Assembly (NCBI GenBank): GCA_965207885.1
Contig: OZ242311.1
Span: forward strand, 5,504,001 to 5,568,000
Source: Candidatus Latescibacterota bacterium
Lineage (GTDB): Bacteria > Latescibacterota > UBA2968
DNA: 64,000 bases
Reading direction: 5' to 3'
The position numbers were made by a program, and so were the translations under genes. Shown one piece after another: positions 29,654 through 37,942 of this stretch (position 1 is the first letter of the stretch; each line of letters starts with the position of its first letter). A model generated the notes under the pieces. It was not told the DNA's origin and did not search any database. It was given only the letters and a program-made list of their open reading frames with translations.

Positions 29654-29686
29654 AAAAAAACCCGCCGAAGATGCTTCGGCGGGTTC
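29654..29686 (-). terminator. Terminator/attenuator upstream of the VOC gene
   Basis: AACCCGCCGAAG-CAT-CTTCGGCGGGTT-TTTTT. Confidence 0.85.
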
Positions 29687-29718
29687 GTTTTTACAAGACT
29701 CATTTGCATTTAAGTCTA

Positions 29719-29898
29719 TCATCTCATTTTGAACCCGCCAATAATATTTTTATCATTACCCGTGAAAACCGCGAGATTCGATCCACCATCCGGGCACACA
29801 TGACCAGTGGCACGGATAAATGACATCTGCGCAGTTGCACTGATAGCGCAGTCATCCATCATTTGCAGGGTATTATACTGGTGGGTTACAAAAATCAT
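29719..29898 (-). CDS. Putative 59-aa leader peptide
   Basis: MIFVTHQYNTLQMMDDCAISATAQMSFIRATGHVCPDGGSNLAVFTGNDKNIIGGFKMR*; GAGAG RBS-like site; between promoter and terminator. Confidence 0.55.
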   Translation of the reverse strand: MIFVTHQYNTLQMMDDCAISATAQMSFIRATGHVCPDGGSNLAVFTGNDKNIIGGFKMR

Positions 29899-29942
29899 AT
29901 TACACTCTCAACTGTATCTGCAAACAGAACCGAACGATGCAG

Positions 29943-29971
29943 AAGATATATTGGGAATTGATCAAAGTCAA
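29943..29971 (-). promoter_or_regulatory. Sigma70-type promoter for the leader-VOC transcript
   Basis: TTGACT-N17-TATCTT. Confidence 0.6.
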
Positions 29972-29985
29972 GCGGGTTTTTCGCG

Positions 29986-30780
29986 CTAAGGTCGCTTCCG
30001 ATGAAACATGAGATCGGCAAACGCGCCCGTCACCTTACTACCCGTATTATCCGAATCAGACATGAGATATACGCGCACAACTTCTGCGGGTTCTTCATCG
30101 GGATAAAATCGCTTGAAATCCCGATAAAAATTGCGCGACTCCCCAACCCATTGATTCACATTTTGATCCCCGCTCTCGGCAACAATGCGATACCACTTAT
30201 ATTTCACAATTCCCAGCGCAACAGACGTCACCTGTGTCAGCGAAGTCTCTTCGGGTATGGTCCGCGTCCAGAGATAGGCAACCTCCCGCAGCTTCCCTCT
30301 GGTATTGAGAACCGAAATACCGATCTTAGCTGCAAAATCATCGCCCGATTTCTGAATCTTGCCTTTGTGATCTGCCGTACCGCTATCATCAATCGTATTG
30401 CTGACCCGCCAGCGCCATGAAATATAGGGATACTCAGTTGCAGATATGAGATCATACTGCCCCTGCGCCTGTTCGCGGACATCCTTCCCAAAGCTCCTGG
30501 GTGGTCGGTCACAGCGCTTGATCCAATCCTGACTGCGATCAATTGACAACGCCGTGCCATTCTTTGTCGGCACCTGCCAGAAAAGTGCCGCCGCATGATC
30601 GCTGCGAATCGCAAACACGCCATCTCGATGTTGCCCAGTAACATTCTCGCCGCAATCGTCCCAATCGCGTCGCAACCAATCGCCTCCCATATCTACGGCA
30701 ACACGATCCTGCGCTTGCACAACACACGGGAAAATTAAAAAACCTATCTTGAGCAAATTCCAAAAAATATTACGAATCAT
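29986..30780 (-). CDS. DUF3047-like periplasmic protein
   Basis: Signal peptide; PYISWRWRV, DDFAAK, WVGESRNFYRDFK, MSDSDNTG. Confidence 0.75.
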   Translation of the reverse strand: MIRNIFWNLLKIGFLIFPCVVQAQDRVAVDMGGDWLRRDWDDCGENVTGQHRDGVFAIRSDHAAALFWQVPTKNGTALSIDRSQDWIKRCDRPPRSFGKDVREQAQGQYDLISATEYPYISWRWRVSNTIDDSGTADHKGKIQKSGDDFAAKIGISVLNTRGKLREVAYLWTRTIPEETSLTQVTSVALGIVKYKWYRIVAESGDQNVNQWVGESRNFYRDFKRFYPDEEPAEVVRVYLMSDSDNTGSKVTGAFADLMFHRKRP

Positions 30781-30926
30781 ATCTACCTTTTGTTGAAATA
30801 TTAAAAACTGATTAGAACCGATCTTCGCGTGTGAATCAAATTCACACCTGTTGCGAAAACACCACAGACAAGCGCGGTTTTAACGGAGATTTTATTCATT
30901 ATACGCACAAATGCAAGTTTCATACC

Positions 30927-30959
30927 AAAAAAAAACGCGACGGGAAAAAACCCGTCGCG
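30927..30959 (-). terminator. Intrinsic terminator after Spy-like gene
   Basis: CGCGACGGG-TTTTTT-CCCGTCGCG-T9. Confidence 0.8.
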
Positions 30960-30987
30960 CTTATGCGATCAAATGGCAAATAGAAAA

Positions 30988-31686
30988 CTACATCTCTGAT
31001 GACTCTTCACTGTGGTGTTCGGACTTCTCTTTCATCTCGGACTTCTCCTGCGTCTCAGATTCTTTTTTCATCTGATCGCGATCTCCACCTCGGCGGCCTC
31101 TGAAACCTGGACCACCGCGACCTCTGAACCGAGGACCATCGTTATCTCTGAACCCAGGACCACGGCCTCTGAACCCAGGTCCCCCACGGCCTCTGAAACC
31201 TGGACCACCGCGACCTCTGAACCGAGGACCATCGTTATCTCTGAACCCAGGACCACCGCGACCGCGAAAACCCTCGCGTCCTCCTCGGCGCATCTCACCG
31301 AGCTTCTCCTTTTGTTCAGCAGTCAGCAATTTTCTAACATCTATATTGTGCTGAATCTCGCGCGCCATAATTTTCCCCTGCGCCGCCGTCACCGCATCGA
31401 CCTTAGCCTGAATATCCGAAGCCGATGGATTGTCCTGCTTCCGAATCTCACCCAAATCGATCCGCGCTTTCGCATGTGCCGCGCGCAAATCGACCATCGC
31501 CTTTTGATGGGCAGAACGCAGATCAGACATCTTTTCCTTCTGCTCATCCGTCAACTCCAGCGCCGCCATACCGCGCATACCGCGGCGTTGGCCCCTTTGA
31601 GCTTCTGCCTGTTTCACAAAAGCGACACTTCCAATAATTCCAATAACGAAAATACCGATAACTGCGTAGATAATTTTGCGTTTCAT
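30988..31686 (-). CDS. Spy/CpxP-family periplasmic chaperone with repetitive Arg/Gly-rich tail
   Basis: LELTDEQ and LLTAEQ (LTXXQ) motifs; GPGFRGRG repeats. Confidence 0.8.
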   Translation of the reverse strand: MKRKIIYAVIGIFVIGIIGSVAFVKQAEAQRGQRRGMRGMAALELTDEQKEKMSDLRSAHQKAMVDLRAAHAKARIDLGEIRKQDNPSASDIQAKVDAVTAAQGKIMAREIQHNIDVRKLLTAEQKEKLGEMRRGGREGFRGRGGPGFRDNDGPRFRGRGGPGFRGRGGPGFRGRGPGFRDNDGPRFRGRGGPGFRGRRGGDRDQMKKESETQEKSEMKEKSEHHSEESSEM

Positions 31687-31860
31687 GATACCAACTCCTC
31701 ATAGTTAAACAGCAGTTTCCCAGCATACTATCTGCTTGTAGTAAAAAATCGAACAACCCTCGGCTGTGTTCAGGCCGGCATCTGTTCACAACTCGAAAGT
31801 CGCGAGTCAGAAGCTGTCTTAATCCCCCCAGAGAATACATCGGGATTTTTAAAACAGCTT

Positions 31861-32310
31861 CTATGGTGGGCCCCTACGGGAACCGGGTGGACGGTCTCCC
31901 GGGGGACCTCGGCGGCCGCCACCTCGGCCGCGGAATCCTTGACGTTTATTTTTTTCCTCAAATTTTGCAAACTGCTCAGGCGTGAGAATCGTCTTCAACT
32001 TCTCGCGCAATTTTTGCTCCTGCGACCGCATATCTTCGCCAATTTGTCGGCGCACCGTATCAATCTCGCGCCGATATTCCTGAAATGCAGCCCGCACAGC
32101 ACTCTTTTGCTCATCTGACAAATCGAGATCCTGACCCATTCGATCAATCATGCGATTGTAGTCATAAGGACGCCCACGCGCCCCAGGTGGGCCGAGGGGA
32201 CTGAGTGAGCGCAAAAACTTGCGCTCGACAATAGTACCACACACCAGCCCCAGGGCAAAAATGCCCATAAATAAAAGAACGGCCTGTGTGCGAGGGGAAA
32301 AAGAAAACAT
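31861..32310 (-). CDS. Membrane-anchored LTXXQ/Spy-like protein
   Basis: N-terminal TM; LDLSDEQ and ILTPEQ motifs. Confidence 0.7.
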   Translation of the reverse strand: MFSFSPRTQAVLLFMGIFALGLVCGTIVERKFLRSLSPLGPPGARGRPYDYNRMIDRMGQDLDLSDEQKSAVRAAFQEYRREIDTVRRQIGEDMRSQEQKLREKLKTILTPEQFAKFEEKNKRQGFRGRGGGRRGPPGDRPPGSRRGPP

Positions 32311-32330
32311 GATAGTCCTTTTGCAGTCGT

Positions 32331-32729
32331 TTACTCGGGATAAATAGCCAGGCTATCGGCTTGTACCTCCGACAGCACCATTTCGGTTTGCGAATCGAAA
32401 TAATCCGACACCGTATTTGCCTCGGTATCTCCATTATCGATTAACACCATAAAAATAACAGCAGCGGCAGCGGCCAATGGCACGAGGCGTTTGCCCGCCC
32501 AGACCAGGCTATTCCATAAACCCTCTTCCCCAATCTGTGCCTGAACACCATCCCACAACCCCGGCGAAGGCGCCATCGGACGCTGACCCAGGCGTCTCTG
32601 CACATGGCGAAGCAAATCGTATTCAGCGCGAAACTCTGCATCCTCTGCTATCCGCGCTTCAATTTCGCGCGCGTGCTCCGCAGACAAATTACCGTCAACA
32701 TAGAGCAACAATTTATCGCGATCAGTCAT
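32331..32729 (-). CDS. Putative anti-sigma factor
   Basis: LLLYVDGNLS...IEARI anti-sigma-like N-terminus, single TM; ATGA overlap with sigma stop. Confidence 0.75.
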   Translation of the reverse strand: MTDRDKLLLYVDGNLSAEHAREIEARIAEDAEFRAEYDLLRHVQRRLGQRPMAPSPGLWDGVQAQIGEEGLWNSLVWAGKRLVPLAAAAAVIFMVLIDNGDTEANTVSDYFDSQTEMVLSEVQADSLAIYPE

Positions 32730-33319
32730 ATCTCCTCCCCTTGCCATTCGCGGTACAGCGGCATAAGCAAATCGCGTAAACGCGCCCGTGCCCGCGAAAG
32801 CCTCGACTTAACAGTGCCGACGGAAACATCTAAAACATCGGCAATTTCCTCTTGAGAAAAACCCTCTATATCTTTCATAATCACCACCGCACGATGCTCG
32901 GGCGACAGGTAATCAAGCACCTTCTGAATCTCCTCGCGCAAACCAATGCGCTCAATATCATTTTGCGGTTCATCCGTACCCAAAAACCGGTCCAGCGCCA
33001 TATCGCTCGCCTCCTGCATCCCCTCAATAGAAACCCGATCGGGCCGCCGTTGCTCGCGCTGGGCAAACGTGAGACAAACATTGGTGGCAATGCGATACAA
33101 ATACGTGTAAAAACTCGACCGACCCTCAAACTTCCCCAGTGCTTTATACGCTCTAACAAACGCCTCTTGCGCCGCATCCCTTGCCGCTTCCGGATCGCCG
33201 AGAATCGAACACGCCAGACCGTAAATTCGGTCTTCATAATGTTCAACCAGATGGCGGAAAGCCTGCACATCGCCCTTTTGGCATTGACGAATCAGATCTC
33301 GTTCATCAAAATCAGCCAC
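32726..33319 (-). CDS. ECF sigma-70 factor
   Basis: DAAQEAFVRAY, FYTYLYRIATN, SQEEIA...GTVKSRLSRAR. Confidence 0.92.
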   Translation of the reverse strand: MADFDERDLIRQCQKGDVQAFRHLVEHYEDRIYGLACSILGDPEAARDAAQEAFVRAYKALGKFEGRSSFYTYLYRIATNVCLTFAQREQRRPDRVSIEGMQEASDMALDRFLGTDEPQNDIERIGLREEIQKVLDYLSPEHRAVVIMKDIEGFSQEEIADVLDVSVGTVKSRLSRARARLRDLLMPLYREWQGEEI

Positions 33320-33458
33320 TTATTTTTCCTTTGACTCTGATATGAATAGACGTCCAGGGTTATCTTTTGGTCTATTCGCTGATTCGTTGATTCGCTGATT
33401 CGTCTATCCGTTTCGCAGGATTAGACCACCAGATCAACACCCGCGTTCCCTATAAAAC

Positions 33459-33493
33459 AAAAAAATGGACATCGCTTTGAGCAATGTCCATTT
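33459..33493 (-). terminator. Intrinsic terminator after ilvB
   Basis: AAATGGACATTGC-TCAAA-GCGATGTCCATTT-TTTT. Confidence 0.65.
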
Positions 33494-33509
33494 CCGACAG
33501 CACAGATGC

Positions 33510-35276
33510 TTACTCCGTAATAATATCGGCAAATGTCATACCCGAGGGAATCATGGGCAGCACATGCTCTTGATACGGCACAACCACATCGAGCAAATAG
33601 GGACCATTGGAAGAAATCATGCGATCAATAGCCGGCACGAGATCCTCCTTGCGCGCCGCCCGTTCGGCAGGCACGCGAAAACCCTTTGCTATCGCCACAT
33701 AATCGGGGAAAATGGCGTGACTCGGCGGAATATTCATATCTTCATGCGCCTGCGCCGCTTCCGGATCGCCAATAAACGTATGCCCGCGATTGCTCTTGTA
33801 AAAGCGATCCTCCCATTGCACCACCATACCCAGATGCTGATTGTTGAGAATCATAGTCTTAACGGGAATTTTCTCCGCATAAAGCGTCGCCAACTCCTGC
33901 ACATTCATCGCAAAACTGCCATCGCCATCAATATCAATAACCAGCGCATCGGGAAAAGCCAATTGCGCCCCCAGCGCAGCGGGCAAACCAAAACCCATCG
34001 CCCCCAAACCGCCCGACGTGAGCCAACGGCGCGGCTCATCAAAAGGATAAAATTGCGCCGCCCACATCTGGTGTTGCCCCACCCCCGTGGATATAATGGC
34101 CTTACCCTGCGTCATCTTATAAAGCATCTCAATTGCATACTGGGGCAAAATGACATCTTCGACATCTTTGTATGTAAAAGGATGTCTTTTGCGCCACGTT
34201 TCAATCTCATCACACCAGGCCTGATAATCGCCCGGCACAACAATACTGTTTAGCTCTTGCAGGGCATATTTAATATCGCTCACAATCGGCAAATGGGCGA
34301 CCTTGTTTTTATTAATCTCAGAAGGATCAATATCGATATGCACAATGCGACCGTGTTTGCAAAACTCTTCGAGCTTACCCGTCACCCGATCATCAAAACG
34401 CACCCCAAATGCCAGCAACAAATCGGCGTGATTGATGGCGTAATTGGCGTAAACCGACCCGTGCATACCCAGCATTTGCAAAGACTGAGGATCAGTCTGC
34501 GGAAAAACACCCAACCCCATCAGCGTCTGTGCCACGGGAATGCGTGTTTTTCGAGCAAACTCGCGGAGTTCTTCCGACGCCTCGGCAGTCACAATACCCC
34601 CGCCGGCATAAATAAGCGGGCGTTTGGATTCTAAAATCGCCTGGGCGACCTCTTGCATTTGAGCACGGCTGGCGTGCAAATGGCTGGGGGTATAGCTGCG
34701 AATGGAAACCGTCTCTGGAAAATCGGGCACACAAGCACTTTGCTGCACATTTTTGGGAATATCGATCAACACGGGACCTGGCCGCCCAGAAGAAGCAATG
34801 TAAAACGCCTCTTTGACAACGCGGGGAATGTCTTCAATGCGATCTACGAGATAATTGTGCTTCGTAATCTGCCGCGTGACCTCAATAATCGGGGTTTCCT
34901 GAAACGCATCGCGACCAATAACAGCAGTGGGAACCTGACCCGTGATGGCAACAAGCGGCACAGAGTCCATCTTGGCATCGGCCAGCCCCGTCACCAGATT
35001 GGTAGCACCCGGTCCAGAAGTTGCCATACACACCCCAACCTTGCCCGAAACTTTGGCATATCCCTCAGCCGCAAAAATTTCGCCCTGTTCGTGCCGGCAC
35101 AACACAACCTGGATATTGGAACGCGTGAGGGACTGGTGCATCTCCATACTGGCCCCTCCGGGATAGCCAAAGAGCACTTCGACCCCCTCGCGGATGAGAC
35201 ATTCAACCAGAATATCGGCACCACTCATTTCGCCAGAGGTGGAGCCAGATGCCGGAGTCTGGGGTTTGCTCGCCAT
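33510..35276 (-). CDS. ilvB: Acetolactate synthase large subunit (start at ATG 35276)
   Basis: [37 protein letters not shown] motif; AAGGAG RBS. Confidence 0.93.
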   Translation of the reverse strand: MASKPQTPASGSTSGEMSGADILVECLIREGVEVLFGYPGGASMEMHQSLTRSNIQVVLCRHEQGEIFAAEGYAKVSGKVGVCMATSGPGATNLVTGLADAKMDSVPLVAITGQVPTAVIGRDAFQETPIIEVTRQITKHNYLVDRIEDIPRVVKEAFYIASSGRPGPVLIDIPKNVQQSACVPDFPETVSIRSYTPSHLHASRAQMQEVAQAILESKRPLIYAGGGIVTAEASEELREFARKTRIPVAQTLMGLGVFPQTDPQSLQMLGMHGSVYANYAINHADLLLAFGVRFDDRVTGKLEEFCKHGRIVHIDIDPSEINKNKVAHLPIVSDIKYALQELNSIVVPGDYQAWCDEIETWRKRHPFTYKDVEDVILPQYAIEMLYKMTQGKAIISTGVGQHQMWAAQFYPFDEPRRWLTSGGLGAMGFGLPAALGAQLAFPDALVIDIDGDGSFAMNVQELATLYAEKIPVKTMILNNQHLGMVVQWEDRFYKSNRGHTFIGDPEAAQAHEDMNIPPSHAIFPDYVAIAKGFRVPAERAARKEDLVPAIDRMISSNGPYLLDVVVPYQEHVLPMIPSGMTFADIITE

Positions 35277-35299
35277 TGCAACAATCTCCTTTGTTAGAC

Positions 35300-35334
35300 A
35301 AAAAAAAACCGTCATTGCATTGTAGCGATGACGG
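35300..35334 (-). terminator. ilv attenuator terminator
   Basis: CCGTCATCGC-loop-GCAATGACGG-T9. Confidence 0.85.
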
Positions 35335-35363
35335 GACAAGATACTTTTTATGCAATCCCATCA

Positions 35364-35444
35364 TCACATAGGTACAAGTACTACAACACGGCCTACAACA
35401 GCCGTTGTAATTGCAATGCGGGATGTGGTGATCTGATGTGTCAT
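35364..35444 (-). CDS. ilv leader peptide (26 aa)
   Basis: MTHQITTSRIAITTAVVGRVVVLVPM*; rich in Val/Ile/Thr/Leu, directly before terminator. Confidence 0.8.
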   Translation of the reverse strand: MTHQITTSRIAITTAVVGRVVVLVPM

Positions 35445-35474
35445 AAATTTGCGCTCTCTTTCAATGGAACAGAG

Positions 35475-35503
35475 AAGATACAGACTTAGTCCAGTTCTGT
35501 CAA
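35475..35503 (-). promoter_or_regulatory. Sigma70-type promoter of ilv leader
   Basis: TTGACA-N17-TATCTT. Confidence 0.7.
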
Positions 35504-35525
35504 GAAAACTCGCTTCTTACACTTC

Positions 35526-36296
35526 TCACCCCTCCTTCTCACCCATCATATTAATGCGGTCTCGAAGCTCGGCAGCGCGTTCAAACTCTTCGTTGTCAAT
35601 CGCTTCGAGCAATTCTTTTTTCAGGCGTTCAGATTTCGTGAGAGGGCGCTGTTGCTCGAGCTCGTTGAGCAATTCGTTCAGAGACTCAACAGAGCGTTTT
35701 TTTTCAACATCAAATTCTTCTGCATCGACCTCTTCCAGATTCTCGATCTTGTCGAGCACATCTCGAATAATTTGGATGCCCTTCGTAAAATTGTTCTCTT
35801 GCGATGCAATCATCACGCGCGCAATCGCGTGGATTCGCAAAACATAAGGCCACCATTTTTCGAGATTGAGACGATCTTTCTCCGCGGCAGCGTATTGATT
35901 GACAAAACGGAACAACTCCATATTGCGCTGTGTATCGCGAATAACGCGGTCATAGTCTCGTATTTGGAGCAAAAAAACATAGCGCTCGTAGAGCAGGCGG
36001 CTTTCATCAAACAGTTCACTACAGTGCGATTTTTTTAGTGAAAAACCATCGGATGTACCGTGTTCTTCAATAAAATGATGCAGCCTATCGGTAAAATGAT
36101 CCAGAGCAAACGCGTTATTGTGTGGTCTGCGTCCATCGGGACGCCCGTCGAGTTCCATTTGTAGAATGCCTTGAAATGGACCCTGATCTATGCGTACCTG
36201 AATTTTTTCAACGCCTTTGGACGAGAAAATTTTGCGAATGCTGTTTTTGGGATCATAGGGCCAGTGCTTCAGCAAAGGGCCAATATCTTCAGTCAT
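35526..36296 (-). CDS. UvrB/UvrC (UVR) motif-containing hypothetical protein
   Basis: GRPDG motif; C-terminal LLEAIDNEEFERAAELRDRI UVR coiled coil. Confidence 0.75.
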   Translation of the reverse strand: MTEDIGPLLKHWPYDPKNSIRKIFSSKGVEKIQVRIDQGPFQGILQMELDGRPDGRRPHNNAFALDHFTDRLHHFIEEHGTSDGFSLKKSHCSELFDESRLLYERYVFLLQIRDYDRVIRDTQRNMELFRFVNQYAAAEKDRLNLEKWWPYVLRIHAIARVMIASQENNFTKGIQIIRDVLDKIENLEEVDAEEFDVEKKRSVESLNELLNELEQQRPLTKSERLKKELLEAIDNEEFERAAELRDRINMMGEKEG

Positions 36297-36513
36297 GGCA
36301 AGTTCTCCTGATATGTGGGAGAGACATCCCCTGGACTGCTGATGGCGGAAGAATATCCGAACCTATCGCGCTATAGGTTTCAATCTAATTGCATTTGATT
36401 GCAGACGCAAGTATCATGTAAAGTGCGTAATATTCCCTCTTACGAGTAAGACGTAAAAGCGAGAAGAGGGTTCCTTTTACGTCTCATATCTCACCCATAA
36501 AAAGGAAAAACAA

Positions 36514-37845
36514 ATGGGAACAGAAAAAATTACAGGAACAATCGCTGAGTTCTTTAAGTTTAACGAGCAAAATACAGATTGGCGCACAGAAATAACAGGT
36601 GGGCTGACGACATTTGTGACAATGGCTTATATCGTAGCCGTAAATCCGGGCATCTTATCCGACGCATTGGGCATGGATTTATTTCCCGAACTGTTATTTG
36701 CAACGTGTGCTTCTGCAGCAATAGCAACAATACTAATGGGCCTTCTGGCAAATTATCCCTTTGCCCTGGCGCCCGGCATGGGCCTCAATGCGTTTTTTAC
36801 CTACACAATTGTACTGGGCATGGGCGTGCATTGGAAACTGGCTCTGGGCGTGGTCCTCGCCTCCGGGCTCTTGTTTTTATTATTAACTGTATTGCGGGTG
36901 CGCGAGGCCATTATCACAGCAGTGCCCCAACCCCTCAAACTCGCCGCCGCCGCGGGTATTGGACTATTTATTGCGTTTATCGGATTTAAGAATGCGGGTT
37001 TTATTGTCGATAATCAGGCCACATTGGTCAGCCTGGGCGATGTACGTACAGGACCTGTTGGACTGGCACTGGTGGGGCTTTTGGGCACGGCCATCATGTT
37101 GACGCGCGGCATCCGCGGGGCGATTTTACTCGGCGTGATCGGCGTCACCTTATTATCCATGATCCTCGGGCTTACACCCTGGCCAACAGGCGTCGTAAGC
37201 CTGCCCGTTTGGCCCACCCATCTCTTTGGAGAAGCCATTTACCATCTGCCTCTCGCATTTCACACGGCAGTCATTGAACTCGTCTTTGCTTTTCTCTTTG
37301 TCGATCTATTTGATACCATGGGCACACTGGTGGGATTATCTGAACGCGTGGGATTCCTGGATAAGCGAGGACAATTGCCGCGCGCCAACAAAGCACTGCT
37401 ATCAGACTCTATTGGAACCGTATGCGGCAGCGTATTGGGCTCCTCAACCGTGACGACCTATATCGAAAGTGCCGCGGGCATATCATCGGGCGCGCGCACG
37501 GGCTTTGCCAGCCTGGTGACCGGCGGACTATTCGTCTGCGCCCTATTCCTCACACCTCTGGTCCAGGCCATACCGTCCTTCGCCACAGCACCCGCGCTCA
37601 TAGTCGTAGGCGTCATGATGATGGCCCCGGCTGCGCGCATTGCCTGGGATGATATGTCGGATGCCGTACCCGCTTTTTTAACGCTGATTGCAATACCCCT
37701 GACATTCAGCATTGCCGATGGACTGGCACTCGGATTTGTCGCCTATCCCATAATCAAGCGACTGAGCAAAAAAGACTCCGAGGTACATTTTTTTATCGAT
37801 GTACTGGCCATCATATTTATTCTCAAATATATCTTTATGGCGTAA
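36514..37845 (+). CDS. AzgA-type NCS2 purine permease
   Basis: TTFVTMAYI..VNP, APGMGLNAFF, DLFDTMGT, TTYIESAAG. Confidence 0.9.
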   Translation: MGTEKITGTIAEFFKFNEQNTDWRTEITGGLTTFVTMAYIVAVNPGILSDALGMDLFPELLFATCASAAIATILMGLLANYPFALAPGMGLNAFFTYTIVLGMGVHWKLALGVVLASGLLFLLLTVLRVREAIITAVPQPLKLAAAAGIGLFIAFIGFKNAGFIVDNQATLVSLGDVRTGPVGLALVGLLGTAIMLTRGIRGAILLGVIGVTLLSMILGLTPWPTGVVSLPVWPTHLFGEAIYHLPLAFHTAVIELVFAFLFVDLFDTMGTLVGLSERVGFLDKRGQLPRANKALLSDSIGTVCGSVLGSSTVTTYIESAAGISSGARTGFASLVTGGLFVCALFLTPLVQAIPSFATAPALIVVGVMMMAPAARIAWDDMSDAVPAFLTLIAIPLTFSIADGLALGFVAYPIIKRLSKKDSEVHFFIDVLAIIFILKYIFMA

Positions 37846-37942
37846 GAGGCCTCATGCCTGACTCCTGCTTTTGTTCGTGACATTTGTATTTTTTTTCTCT
37901 ATTATTTTAAAATAACTATAAGAAATATTAAAGGAGGGTTTT

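Noticed and set aside
8871-33402. Short 7-10-bp intergenic tandem repeats (near 8871, 19404, 27515, 33376)
   Set aside because: Low-copy, degenerate simple repeats with no supportable function
36300-36513. Canonical purine riboswitch upstream of the AzgA permease
   Set aside because: Conserved core sequences of the purine aptamer were not found
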